A stretch of 64,000 nt of DNA from Candidatus Moranbacteria bacterium GW2011_GWC2_40_12 (GCA_000995965.1 LBYD01000002.1:71889-135888); one strand, 5' to 3'. Positions 39,028 to 49,213 are shown, counted from the first letter of the stretch. Numbers and translations: made by a program. The notes: generated from the letters alone by a model not told the origin.

Positions 39028-39250
39028 CGGATTCCTCCTGCCTCGAAATAAGATCAAATAACTCCTGGGCTGACCACTCCTCCTGGATTCTTTCCAGTTC
39101 ATATCTTGCTTCGATATGCGGGGGCAGAAAAACTTCATCGTAAACAATCTTGACTTCCCGGCCAGTGCGCGGAACTTGCTCACCGGCAAAAGCTGCAGTT
39201 GCCCCAAAAAACATAACCATCGCCAAAATGACAAGGAACTTTCTGATCAT
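39011..39250 (-). CDS. Small secreted hypothetical protein
   Basis: Signal peptide ending AFA; acidic mature part. Confidence 0.55.
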   Translation of the reverse strand: MIRKFLVILAMVMFFGATAAFAGEQVPRTGREVKIVYDEVFLPPHIEARYELERIQEEWSAQELFDLISRQEESDEENF

Positions 39251-39431
39251 AGTTATTTTCCTTTTTCTTTTTATTTAACCTGTTATTTTACACCCAAAAC
39301 CGGCTTTTGTCAACGGTCGGGAAACACTCCCTAAAATAGCCCTATTTTATGCCCCAATTCGATGTTTCACGCCAAAAAAAATTTGCCCAGGCGGAACTGC
39401 CTGGGCTTTTTACATTGACTGCCGGTATTCT

Positions 39432-39728
39432 CTATAAGCAACCGTTTGTCATATACACTTCAGAGCTGCTCAGCGGTATTTTGTGGGCAGGACGCTGAAA
39501 TGGAATTACGCTCTTCCTTGCCGCGCTCCTGTCGCCTCTCCACCAGAGAGCGCTAAGGCCTTCCTTTGAGTGGCAGTGGCTGCAGTTTATAGATGACGGG
39601 TATCCTCTGATCCTCCAGGTGTATTCATTTTGCGCCTGGAAAGACGCAGATGGGCAGCACCCCGCCAAAGCAATGAAAATTATCAAACAAGTTCCGAGCA
39701 CGATGACTAGAACTTCGGCATTTTTCAC
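39432..39728 (-). CDS. Small putative lipoprotein with a CxxCH motif
   Basis: AAGGAGG SD and GTG start; LAG-C lipobox; CSHCH; downstream hairpin gcccaggc/gcctgggc. Confidence 0.55.
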   Translation of the reverse strand: MKNAEVLVIVLGTCLIIFIALAGCCPSASFQAQNEYTWRIRGYPSSINCSHCHSKEGLSALWWRGDRSAARKSVIPFQRPAHKIPLSSSEVYMTNGCL

Positions 39729-39798
39729 GGCAGCCTCCTTTATCTCTTTTTGAATACTATATAGAACAATTCCGCCATAAAGTCAATACAAAAACCGA

Positions 39799-39827
39799 TT
39801 GACACCGCTTGCGCCATTTGATATTCT
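39799..39827 (+). promoter_or_regulatory. sigma70 promoter
   Basis: TTGACA, 17-nt spacer ending TGA, TATTCT; upstream of the DHH-like gene. Confidence 0.6.
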
Positions 39828-39870
39828 AAAAAACCAATCAATCTTCACATAAAAATTCGTAAAGAATCCC

Positions 39871-40998
39871 ATGCCGCTTTCTATTCAGGACCAAATAAAA
39901 AATCAAATCGATGCTTCCCAAAGTATTTTGATACTCACCAAGCCCAAAGCTTCGAGCGATGCAGTCTCGGCAAGCTGGGGCTTTTTTCATTTGCTCAAAA
40001 ATCTTGGAAAGAATCCAGTGATTCTGGAAAACAACCCTCAAGCCGAAAAACTGAAATTCCTCCCTCTCCCGGAAAAAATGGAAAAGAAAATCACCGGAGC
40101 GCGGGATTTTGTTTTGTCTTTCAACACCAAATACAACAAAATCATCAGTTCCCGCGTCGAAGAAAAAGAAGAGGCCTTTGAAATCTATATCACGCCGGAA
40201 AAAGAAGCGATTGACCCGCGCGATTTTTCGTTCATCCCCGCCAAGTTCAAATACGACCTTGTTGTCGTGATCGGCTGCCAAAATTTGGATGATCTTGGCG
40301 AAATCAAGGAAAAAAACAGCGACCTTTTTTTTGAGCTCCCGGTCGTGAACATCGACAATTCGCCCGCCAACGAAAATTTCGGGCAGTTCAATCTTGTTGA
40401 TACCACCGCCTCTTCCGTTTCGGAAGCGCTTTGTGAATTTTCGAAAGGCTTCGATGAAAAACATATGAATCCAGCCTCGGCCCAGTGCTTCCTCGCGGGA
40501 ATAGTTTCCGCCACTTCCAATTTTCAAAGCGAACGGACGACTCCCCAGACCTTCCTCGCCGCTTCGTGGCTCATCGAGAAAGGCGCCAGCCAGCAGGAAA
40601 TCGTCCGCCATCTCATGAAAACCCAGTCTTTCCCCTTTATGAAGCTCTGGGGGCGGGTTATGGCCCGGCTCAACTGGGACGAAAAACTGAAGCTGGCCTG
40701 GTCACTGGTGTCGCTTGAGGATTTTGTCCTGAGCCGGACGACCGAGACGGATTTGCCGCTGATACTCGAAAAGATCAAAGACAATTTTTCCTCGGGAAAC
40801 ACTTTTGCCATCATTTTCAGCGAATCGCTCAAAAAAAATATCGCGCTCCTCAAGACCAATGACCTGCCGTCGCTTCGAAATCTGGAAAAGCTTTTCAACG
40901 GAGAAATAAAAAACGGACATCTGTCCGTCGAATTTCTGGGAAAAGATATCTTGGAGGCGGAAAAAGAGATGATGGAGAAATTGAAAACTCTAAAATAG
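39871..40998 (+). CDS. DHH/NrnA-like phosphoesterase homolog with degenerate motifs
   Basis: ILILTK...SSDAVSAS; VVNIDNSPANENFG in place of IDHH; A.CFLAGIVSATSNF in place of DT. Confidence 0.75.
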   Translation: MPLSIQDQIKNQIDASQSILILTKPKASSDAVSASWGFFHLLKNLGKNPVILENNPQAEKLKFLPLPEKMEKKITGARDFVLSFNTKYNKIISSRVEEKEEAFEIYITPEKEAIDPRDFSFIPAKFKYDLVVVIGCQNLDDLGEIKEKNSDLFFELPVVNIDNSPANENFGQFNLVDTTASSVSEALCEFSKGFDEKHMNPASAQCFLAGIVSATSNFQSERTTPQTFLAASWLIEKGASQQEIVRHLMKTQSFPFMKLWGRVMARLNWDEKLKLAWSLVSLEDFVLSRTTETDLPLILEKIKDNFSSGNTFAIIFSESLKKNIALLKTNDLPSLRNLEKLFNGEIKNGHLSVEFLGKDILEAEKEMMEKLKTLK

Positions 40999-41014
40999 CT
41001 CAAAGGAGGCGATA

Positions 41015-41206
41015 ATGAAAGTAACGACCATTGTTCTTTTTGTAACCGAAGAAGGTGATAAAATTCACATCACTGAATATCCTGGGAAGTACACCCAGGA
41101 ACTCGGAATAACTTCTCGGCTCACTTCCCAAAACCATTTTCTTCCTCCGGAAGAGGCTCTTAGGTTTATCAGGAGGAGAATTGAAGAACATGGAGTAAAG
41201 CGCTAA
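41015..41206 (+). CDS. Small hypothetical protein
   Basis: AAGGAGG SD; downstream hairpin ggcctcg/cgaggcc. Confidence 0.55.
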   Translation: MKVTTIVLFVTEEGDKIHITEYPGKYTQELGITSRLTSQNHFLPPEEALRFIRRRIEEHGVKR

Positions 41207-41260
41207 CAGTTCCCTTCTTAATGGCCTCGGAATTTTCGAGGCCAATTTTTTTGATATCTT

Positions 41261-42262
41261 CTATTTTGCAAATATCTCCTTCGCCGCGTCCCAAAATTCT
41301 GGCTTCGCGTGCTTTGTTTTGAGCCAATACCACCATTCAGCTCCCCAAAGATAGTTTTCCGGAAAACCCACAAGCTTCGCGTATTCGATATTTTCCCGAA
41401 ATTGCTTGAGGCTCATTGATTTTTCCTGCTCCTCGAGCGGCAAATCATAAATCAGTTTCGGTCCCCAAGGCTCGGTCTGAAGCTCCGAGACGATAATCGG
41501 CTTCCCGGGAAAAAATAAATGCACGATATTGGCCTTTAGCCAGAAAAATCTCGGGGGAAGAGGGTATTTGAAATATCCAATCGGATCTTTGTGGATAATC
41601 CGATACATGGTTGTTCCAAAAATATCGGCCCGCTTGGCCGCCCGCACCCAGATGGAAAGCTCCCCGCTGTCCGTCACCATTATTTGATGGCTTGAATCAA
41701 TTTCGCGCACTTTTGCCACTTCCCTGTCAAGAAATCCCTTTTCCGTCGTCGTGCATTCTCCAAAAGGAAGAAAAGGCTCATTGTCCACTTGCCAGAGATA
41801 TAAATTGGGAATATTTTTGTAGCGCTCAACCTCTTTTGACATCGCCGAGAGAATTTTTTCCTGTTTTTCCGACTCGGTGAGTTTATCCGCCCAAAACGGC
41901 GCATGGCATTCCGGCCAGCGTGGAAGCTTTCGACCGATGACCAAGATCAATTGCGCATTTCTTTTTTGCGCTTCCTCAATCATCCAGTCATAATCCGAAA
42001 AATCATACCTCCCCTCCTCCTCTTCAATGTCCTGCCAATAAATAGGGAGTCGGATTCTTTTCGCGCCGAGATCATCGAGAACGGCCAAATACGCTTCCCG
42101 CCAGTCAAGCCCCATCTCCGTCGCGAACATTTTTGAAAAGGCCACACCCCACTTGATATCGCCGTTTTTTTCCGCAAGGCCGGCCGGTTTTCGAATAAGA
42201 AAAAAGAATCCGGCCACAAGAGCCATAATGATCAACAAAAATACTTTTCTTCTAAGTTTCAT
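41261..42262 (-). CDS. Membrane-anchored clan GH-A glycoside hydrolase
   Basis: RIRLPIYW..IE, WQVDNEP (acid/base), VSELQTEPW (nucleophile) and LWGAEWW. Confidence 0.8.
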   Translation of the reverse strand: MKLRRKVFLLIIMALVAGFFFLIRKPAGLAEKNGDIKWGVAFSKMFATEMGLDWREAYLAVLDDLGAKRIRLPIYWQDIEEEEGRYDFSDYDWMIEEAQKRNAQLILVIGRKLPRWPECHAPFWADKLTESEKQEKILSAMSKEVERYKNIPNLYLWQVDNEPFLPFGECTTTEKGFLDREVAKVREIDSSHQIMVTDSGELSIWVRAAKRADIFGTTMYRIIHKDPIGYFKYPLPPRFFWLKANIVHLFFPGKPIIVSELQTEPWGPKLIYDLPLEEQEKSMSLKQFRENIEYAKLVGFPENYLWGAEWWYWLKTKHAKPEFWDAAKEIFAK

Positions 42263-42345
42263 TTATTAGATATTAGATTGGAGTAATGTATATAATCTTA
42301 ATTTTTATGCATATGCATAAAAATTAAGATTCCCCTGAAAAAACT

Positions 42346-43254
42346 TCATTTGAAAATAACCAGCATTGTCCCGAAAGTTACTGAAAGAATTCCCGCCATT
42401 TTTGTGATGATATTGAGAATTGAGAATCTTTCGACAAAAATATTCTTGAGATAAAAAGACAAAAACAGGGCAAACACGAAGGTGAGAAGATATTGCACCG
42501 AAACAAACGAGCTTATGACTGCCACACTGCCGAGCATAATGCTGTAGTTCACGAGCAAAGTGCCGGCTCCGGCGGTGGTTTTCGCGACAATCGTTCCGGC
42601 AAAATTTTCGAAATTTTCCTTTCTTTTTTTCTTTCTGACCCCGTCAAGCACAGCTTTTCTGAATTCTGGAATGAGAAGCGAGGCGAGAGCCGCGAACAAA
42701 ATTCCCCCGCGGCTCAAGATGTATCCGCTCACGAAAGCCTGGTGATTATATCCATATTTCAAAAGCACCATTGAGAATGCCGCCAGCACCCCAGCGGCGA
42801 CTGTCCCGCGCCAGTGGAAAAAAAATCTCCCGGCATAAAATTTGTAGGAAATGAGCGCGCCTCCGATCACGAGAAAAATTATACCGCCGGCTTCGCGCGA
42901 AGAAAATGAATCATTGAGAATCATTTTCGCGCAAATCGTCGTGACGACTGTCGAGGTCGCCCCAAAAAGAACATAGACCCTCGGAGCCGAAGAGCGGATC
43001 AGCGCGCGGAAAAGAAAGGCGAGAGAGAGAAAAAGCAGGATTCCCGAAAGAAAAGAAATCAGAAACGGAATAACTCCAAACCATTTGAGCCCGAAAGGCG
43101 CGAACCCAAGGCTGAAAACGGAAAAAATGCCGACGTAGAAAGTATAAAGAGGCCAGTTTTTCATGCGGGCGGCCAGAATATATTTGCTCATCACCGATTC
43201 GACGGCGAGGAGCGCGTATCCCAAAATGGCAATGGTCATCCAATTCATCTTCAT
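42346..43254 (-). CDS. EamA/DMT-like membrane protein
   Basis: About 10 TM segments in two repeats. Confidence 0.75.
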   Translation of the reverse strand: MKMNWMTIAILGYALLAVESVMSKYILAARMKNWPLYTFYVGIFSVFSLGFAPFGLKWFGVIPFLISFLSGILLFLSLAFLFRALIRSSAPRVYVLFGATSTVVTTICAKMILNDSFSSREAGGIIFLVIGGALISYKFYAGRFFFHWRGTVAAGVLAAFSMVLLKYGYNHQAFVSGYILSRGGILFAALASLLIPEFRKAVLDGVRKKKRKENFENFAGTIVAKTTAGAGTLLVNYSIMLGSVAVISSFVSVQYLLTFVFALFLSFYLKNIFVERFSILNIITKMAGILSVTFGTMLVIFK

Positions 43255-43265
43255 TCACTTGGAAA

Positions 43266-44519
43266 CTAAGTTTCCAAGTAGTTATTTTTGCATATTTTCG
43301 CGTATTCCAGCGCGCTCGGGCGGACTTTCCTTTCCATAGTTTTATAATCCATTTCCACCAGCCCAAACCGCGGCCAAAAGCCTTTGTCCCATTCAAAATT
43401 GTCGAGAAACGACCAGTGAAAATACCCACGGACATCCACGCCTTCTCGAATGGCTTTATGAACGTGGAAGAGATAATTTTTTATAAACCCTGCCCTTTTC
43501 CGGTCCTTCGCGTCAGGAATTCCGTTTTCCGTGATGTAAATGGGAAGATTATATTTCTTGAGATCCATGAGAATATAGTACATGCCTTCCGGAACAATCT
43601 GCCGTCCCATATCATTTTCTTGATATTTTTCTTCATGCAATAAGGCCGAAAGTGAAAAAGGGACTCTCATATAATGCTGCGCGCCGATGAAATCCAAATG
43701 ACCAATCGTTTGTTTGATCAAATATTCGTTAGTAAAATGCTTAGCGAGAAACAAAAGGAAACCTGTTTGAAAAATTCCATTTCTATTATCAAAGAAATTC
43801 AACCATTCAGTGAACCCCACCATGGCTTGCGGTTTTTTCTTGTGAATCTCCGCATATGCTAATTTATGCGCCTTGATAAGATTTTTATAAACTCGAAAAG
43901 CTTCGAAAATGTTATGTTTCTGCGGCGGTCGATAACCCTTAATGTATCCTCCGCCGATTATCAGGATTGGCTCATTGAAAGTCAGCCAAAAAATCACGTC
44001 ATCGGAAAATTCTTTTACTATCTTCGCAGAATATCTCTTAAAATAGTCCGGAGATTTTTTATTCTCCCACCCCCCCTTTCGCGAAAACCACACAGGAAGA
44101 GTGTAATGCCATAGCGTCACAAACGGCTCCATTCCCCGCGCGCGGATGGCTTTCAATACTTTTCGGTAATGTTCGATTTCTTTTTCGTCAAATTTTCCTT
44201 CTTCCGGCTCGATCCGCGACCATTCAATGGAAATCCGAAAAGCGTTGAGACCAAGAGATTTGGCGATATCCAAATCTTCTTCGTAGCGGTTATAGTGGTC
44301 GCAGGCCCGGCCCGAGATATAATTTTCCGGGTCGAACATTTCTGGGAATTTCTTTTGCTGCCATTTCGCCCATTTGGTTTTGGCTTCGCTCGCGAGGCGT
44401 TTCGCGTTTTTCTTTTCCCACTCGCTCCAGTCATTCCGGCTCCCGCCTTCAACCTGATGGGCCGCCGTTGCCGCGCCCCACAAAAAACCATCGGGAAATT
44501 TTTTGTTTTTATTTTTCAT
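43266..44519 (-). CDS. Glycoside hydrolase family 1 (beta-glucosidase)
   Basis: FLWGAATAAHQVEG, SIEWSRI, TFNEP, ITENG and WSFLDNFEW. Confidence 0.95.
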   Translation of the reverse strand: MKNKNKKFPDGFLWGAATAAHQVEGGSRNDWSEWEKKNAKRLASEAKTKWAKWQQKKFPEMFDPENYISGRACDHYNRYEEDLDIAKSLGLNAFRISIEWSRIEPEEGKFDEKEIEHYRKVLKAIRARGMEPFVTLWHYTLPVWFSRKGGWENKKSPDYFKRYSAKIVKEFSDDVIFWLTFNEPILIIGGGYIKGYRPPQKHNIFEAFRVYKNLIKAHKLAYAEIHKKKPQAMVGFTEWLNFFDNRNGIFQTGFLLFLAKHFTNEYLIKQTIGHLDFIGAQHYMRVPFSLSALLHEEKYQENDMGRQIVPEGMYYILMDLKKYNLPIYITENGIPDAKDRKRAGFIKNYLFHVHKAIREGVDVRGYFHWSFLDNFEWDKGFWPRFGLVEMDYKTMERKVRPSALEYAKICKNNYLET

Positions 44520-44595
44520 GCTTTGCCCTAATTTTACTATTTTTGTGAAATAATATCTAGTTGTGCTTTCAAGCAGAATGAAATAAAATACAATT

Positions 44596-47500
44596 ATGCC
44601 TGAAGAGACAAATAAAAACAAAACTGCTGGAGAAATACACGGCCATCACGAGGAGGAAGTCAGCCGGATCCTCTCCAAGATGAAACACGAATCCGAAGAA
44701 CAGCAAGCGGCCAGCCTGGCCGCTACTTTAGGTTTTCCTTATATCGATCTCAATATTTTCCCCATTGATCCGGAGACACTCCAAGTCATTCCGAAAGAAG
44801 ATGCTCTGAGACTTGAACTGGTTCCCATTCAAAGAGCCGGGAAAAATGTGAGCTTGGCTATTTCAAACATTTCTCACCCGGATCTCAAGAAATATCTTGA
44901 GAAACTGGAAAAAGAAGAGGGATACCGGCTGAAAATTTTCATATCTTCAAAAACCGGTTTCCAGAAAACCTTGGAGCGATACAAATTCATCGCTTTGGCC
45001 GATAATCTGGAAGACTTGCGCTTGACACTTTCCGGAACAGACCTCGCGGAATTTGAAAAAAATCTGAGAGATGTCATTGACCTCAAAAAAAGAATCACCG
45101 AAATACCCACGACGGAGGTGATAAACATCATCATGGCCGGCGCCGTAAAAATGGAGGCTAGTGATATCCATTTTGAACCTCAACAGGACGGCATCCGTTT
45201 GCGCTATAGATTGGACGGAATTCTTCAAAACATCACCGATCTTCCTTCGCAGGTATACCACTATATCCTTTCCCGGGTGAAAATTCTTTCCGGAATGAAA
45301 ATAAATATCCGAGACGTCGCTCAAGATGGGCATTTTTCCATCGAAATTGAGGAGAACGAAATAGACGTCCGTGTTTCAATTCTCCCCGGAAATTTTGGGG
45401 AGAATATAGTGATGCGCCTCCTGAATCAACGCTCCATAGCCTTGAAATACGACGACCTTGGCCTTCGAGGACTGGCCTATGACAAGCTCCGGGAGGAAAT
45501 GAAAAAGCCCAATGGGATAATCCTCAACACCGGCCCCACCGGATCGGGAAAAACGACAACGCTCTATGCCATTGTCAACACCCTCAACTCCCCGGAAGTG
45601 AAAATTATCACTGTTGAAGATCCGGTTGAATACAAAATAAAGGGAATTTCCCAGACCCAAGTTTCCAAATCGCGCGGATATACCTTCGCCAATGCTCTTC
45701 GGGCCATTGTCCGTCAGGATCCGGATGTTATTTTGGTCGGTGAAATAAGAGATGATGAAACGGCTCAAATTGCTGTCCACGCGTCCCTTACCGGACACCT
45801 GGTTCTTTCAACCCTCCACACCAATAGCGCTGTTGAAACGACGCCGAGGCTCACCGATATGGGAATAAAGCCTTCGCTCATTCCCGCGGCGGTGAATGCC
45901 ATTATCGCCCAGCGCCTGGTTCGAAAACTCTGTCCGGTCTGCAAGGAAAAGTATACTCCCGCCCGGGAAAGCGTGGAAAGCGTGAGGAAAATTCTCTCAG
46001 TAATATCTCCCAAGGCAAAACTTTCTGTCCCAAAAAATATTGATTCTTTTTTCCGGGCCAAGGGATGCCCGAAATGCCGCGGACTGGGATATAAGGGCCG
46101 GATTGGAATCTTCGAAATTCTGACTCTGAATGAAGAAATTTCCCAAAAAATAACTGAAATGGCCTCGGAATCGGAAATTTTATCTCTCGCCCTTGAAGCC
46201 GGAATGGTTACAATGCTTCAAGACGGGATTTTGAAAGCCCTCGAAGGAATAACTTCCCTCGAAGAAGTTCAAAGGGTGACTGGAGAAGGAAAGTTTTTGG
46301 AAGAACTCTATGAAAAAATCATTACCCAGCTGCTTCTCCGTTCCGTTTTGATAAGAAAAGACATCGCCCAAAAAATAGAGGGCATAAAAAATGATTTCTC
46401 AAAATATCAGGAACTGGTGAACACGGCCAACCCAGAAGAGATACTAAGCCTAATCATTGCTGCCGGAATCAAACTTCAGGCCGGCGACATTCATATCGAG
46501 CCGGAAGAAAATATTGTGAAAATCCGCTTCCGAATTGATGGAATTCTTCAAGATGCCGCCCAAATACCCCTATCAGATTACCCGCATGTTATGGGTGATA
46601 TCAAAATTCTCTCCGGTTTCAAGGCGACTGACGTTGAATCCGGGGTGAAGGACAGCCGGTTTTCCATAAGCCTGGAAGAAGGTGTATTTTCCGAAATTGC
46701 AAAGAGGGAAATTGATGTCCGCGTTTCAATAATTTTGGGCGGCTATGGGGAAACGGTCGTTATGCGGCTTCTCGGCCAAGGCGACCAGGAGACTGACATC
46801 TTTAAGCTCGGCATCCGCCAGCAGAATCTGGACAGGCTTTTGGAAAAAATAAAAAAGCCCAATGGGATAATCCTCAACACCGGCCCCACCGGATCGGGAA
46901 AAACGACAACTCTTTATTCTTTGCTTTCTCTTCTCAACAAGCCGGGTGCAAAAATTATAACCGTTGAAGACCCAATCGAATACCGTCTCAAAGGCATCCT
47001 GCAGACTCAAGTGAATGAAAAGAAGGGTTACACTTTCCCAATGGCTCTGCGCGCGCTTCTCCGCCAAAATCCGGATATCATGATGATTGGTGAAATCCGC
47101 GATGAAGAAACCGCGAAAATTTCCGTTCAGGCGGCGCTCACCGGTCATCTAGTTCTTTCAACGCTTCACACAAACAACGCGGCCAGCTCCATTCAGCGGC
47201 TCATCAATATGAGCGTCAACCCAACTGATATTGCTTCATCGGTAAATGCTTTCATGGCCCAACGCCTGGTGCGTTTTCTTTGCCAATCCTGCAAGAAAAA
47301 AGTGCGGCCAAGCCAGAAAGTGAAGAGCCAGATTGAAAGAATGCTTGGAACGATATCGGAAAAAGCGGGAATCGAAGTCCCGAAAAAAGTTGATTATATT
47401 TTCGAAGCGCAAGGCTGTCCAGAGTGCAACAACATCGGCTACAAGGGAAGAACTGCGGTCAGTGAAATAATGGATATGACAAAAGAGATGGAAGAGCTTG

Positions 47501-47640
47501 TCACCCGAGGACCGACTACCTCCGAGGTGGAAGATCTTGCCAGGAAACAAGGAATGCTGACCATGGCCCAAGACGGGATTCTGAAGGTCGTTGAAGGGAT
47601 CACGACTATGGAAGAAGTGGAAAGAGTAACAGAGGAATAA
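44596..47640 (+). CDS. Tandem double GspE/PilB type IV pilus assembly ATPase
   Basis: Two complete ATPase units: (S/G)DIH.EP, GPTGSGKTTTLY, TVEDP.EY, RQ(D/N)PD..GEIRD, TGHLVLSTLHTN and a Cys4 site in each. Confidence 0.93.
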   Translation: MPEETNKNKTAGEIHGHHEEEVSRILSKMKHESEEQQAASLAATLGFPYIDLNIFPIDPETLQVIPKEDALRLELVPIQRAGKNVSLAISNISHPDLKKYLEKLEKEEGYRLKIFISSKTGFQKTLERYKFIALADNLEDLRLTLSGTDLAEFEKNLRDVIDLKKRITEIPTTEVINIIMAGAVKMEASDIHFEPQQDGIRLRYRLDGILQNITDLPSQVYHYILSRVKILSGMKINIRDVAQDGHFSIEIEENEIDVRVSILPGNFGENIVMRLLNQRSIALKYDDLGLRGLAYDKLREEMKKPNGIILNTGPTGSGKTTTLYAIVNTLNSPEVKIITVEDPVEYKIKGISQTQVSKSRGYTFANALRAIVRQDPDVILVGEIRDDETAQIAVHASLTGHLVLSTLHTNSAVETTPRLTDMGIKPSLIPAAVNAIIAQRLVRKLCPVCKEKYTPARESVESVRKILSVISPKAKLSVPKNIDSFFRAKGCPKCRGLGYKGRIGIFEILTLNEEISQKITEMASESEILSLALEAGMVTMLQDGILKALEGITSLEEVQRVTGEGKFLEELYEKIITQLLLRSVLIRKDIAQKIEGIKNDFSKYQELVNTANPEEILSLIIAAGIKLQAGDIHIEPEENIVKIRFRIDGILQDAAQIPLSDYPHVMGDIKILSGFKATDVESGVKDSRFSISLEEGVFSEIAKREIDVRVSIILGGYGETVVMRLLGQGDQETDIFKLGIRQQNLDRLLEKIKKPNGIILNTGPTGSGKTTTLYSLLSLLNKPGAKIITVEDPIEYRLKGILQTQVNEKKGYTFPMALRALLRQNPDIMMIGEIRDEETAKISVQAALTGHLVLSTLHTNNAASSIQRLINMSVNPTDIASSVNAFMAQRLVRFLCQSCKKKVRPSQKVKSQIERMLGTISEKAGIEVPKKVDYIFEAQGCPECNNIGYKGRTAVSEIMDMTKEMEELVTRGPTTSEVEDLARKQGMLTMAQDGILKVVEGITTMEEVERVTEE

Positions 47641-47644
47641 ATAT

Positions 47645-47845
47645 AAAAAAGCCTTTCAATCTGTAGACAAATCCCGCAACTAGGGAATCGCGGGGCAGGA
47701 ACAGTGCCGAGGAGCGGCTAAGCCGAAACCGGGCCGTCCATGTCTGGGCAAAAAAGTCCCCAGGAAGGAAAGTTACGAGCTCCCCTTATGTCTACAGATT
47801 GAAAGGCTTTTAAAGTTCGTTAAATAAGTCCCTTTTTCGCAGGAC
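47645..47845 (-). ncRNA. Candidate structured ncRNA
   Basis: Promoter TTGACA-17-TAGACT (47879-47851); a 23-bp perfect IR (47647-47669 / 47789-47811) closes a GC-rich multi-hairpin core; the transcript ends in a U-tract. Confidence 0.5.
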
Positions 47846-47933
47846 AGTCCAGTCTATCATAGGCAATATTTTTTGTCAAGAAGTGCTAAATGCCTTATAC
47901 TACCAATAAAATACGACATTCCGAATACCAATT

Positions 47934-48944
47934 ATGATTACCTCCTCTGCTGAACAAATCGATGATACAAAGCTTGATATAACCTTGCGGCCGCAAGCTT
48001 TTTCGGAATACGTCGGTCAAGAGAATACAAAGAAAAACCTGAATATTCTCATAAAAGCCGCTCAAAAACGAAAAGAGCCTATCGAGCACGTCCTCCTTTA
48101 CGGACCGGCGGGCTTGGGAAAAACGACCTTAGCCCACATCATAGCCAATGAAATGGGAGCTAATATTCGCACTACGTCCGGACCGGCCATTGAAAAAGTA
48201 GGAGACCTTGGCTCGATTCTGACAAATTTAAGCGACGGAGATATTCTTTTCATTGACGAGATCCACCGGCTGAACAAACTCATTGAAGAAGTTCTTTACC
48301 CGGCAATGGAAGACTTCAAGCTGGATATTATTATCGGAAAAGGGCCCTCGGCAAAAACTCTCCAGCTTGATCTTCCGCGATTCACGCTGATCGGAGCCAC
48401 AACCCGCCTGGGATCAATATCCTCGCCGCTTCGCAATCGCTTTGGCGTCATTCACCGCCTTGATTTTTATGAGAATGAGGATATTGAGAAAATACTCCAC
48501 CGCTCGTCGAAAATTCTTGAGATCCCAATCGACAGTGCCGGAGCCGCTTCAATTTCCCGTTCCAGCCGCCGCACGCCTCGAGTGGCCAACCGGCTTTTAA
48601 AACGGGTTCGCGATTTCACCCAGGTCGAAAACGAGAAAGAAATAAACGAAAAATTGACTCTCCAGGCTCTCAAAAATCTTGAAATTGACGCGCTTGGCCT
48701 CGAGCCCACTGACCGGCATATCCTTGCGACTATCATTGAAAAATTCTCCGGCGGACCGGTTGGCATCCAGACACTAGCTGCCGCTACAATGGAAGAGACT
48801 GAAACTATCGAAGATGTTTATGAGCCATTTCTTCTCCAAATCGGATTTCTAGCTCGCACTCCCCGCGGAAGAGTCGCCACGGAACAGGCTTACAAACATT
48901 TAGGAATAGAGTATAATAAAGAAAACCAGAATAAGCTATTGTAA
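47934..48944 (+). CDS. ruvB: Holliday junction branch migration helicase RuvB
   Basis: [40 protein letters not shown] and RTPRGR. Confidence 0.98.
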   Translation: MITSSAEQIDDTKLDITLRPQAFSEYVGQENTKKNLNILIKAAQKRKEPIEHVLLYGPAGLGKTTLAHIIANEMGANIRTTSGPAIEKVGDLGSILTNLSDGDILFIDEIHRLNKLIEEVLYPAMEDFKLDIIIGKGPSAKTLQLDLPRFTLIGATTRLGSISSPLRNRFGVIHRLDFYENEDIEKILHRSSKILEIPIDSAGAASISRSSRRTPRVANRLLKRVRDFTQVENEKEINEKLTLQALKNLEIDALGLEPTDRHILATIIEKFSGGPVGIQTLAAATMEETETIEDVYEPFLLQIGFLARTPRGRVATEQAYKHLGIEYNKENQNKLL

Positions 48945-48953
48945 CCAAAAGTC

Positions 48954-49172
48954 ATGCCGCTAATTTCAATATTTTACTTGATCCTCGTTCTTGTCTATCT
49001 CGCCATCGGCGCAGCAATTATTTTTCATATGCTTTACTACCGGATAAATCGAAAAGTGGCTACGGTAATGTTCTTCATATACTCAACCGGGGGCATAATA
49101 CTTCTTACTTCAAATTTTTTCCTCTTCCGGATAGTCAATTGGTATAATATTTTCTCCGACTCTGGATTCTAA
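48954..49172 (+). CDS. Small 2-TM hypothetical protein
   Basis: 72-aa hydrophobic ORF directly after ruvB. Confidence 0.6.
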   Translation: MPLISIFYLILVLVYLAIGAAIIFHMLYYRINRKVATVMFFIYSTGGIILLTSNFFLFRIVNWYNIFSDSGF

Positions 49173-49213
49173 TATTTATTACGCTCTCTTGGATAATAAA
49201 CTTCATCAAAGAT

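Noticed and set aside
47706-47775. SAH riboswitch (CCGAGGAGCG) or SRP RNA (caggaaggaa) within the ncRNA candidate
   Set aside because: There is no CAGGCTCGG partner and no complete SRP domain IV (CAGG...GGAAGCAGC); the promoter points to the opposite strand.
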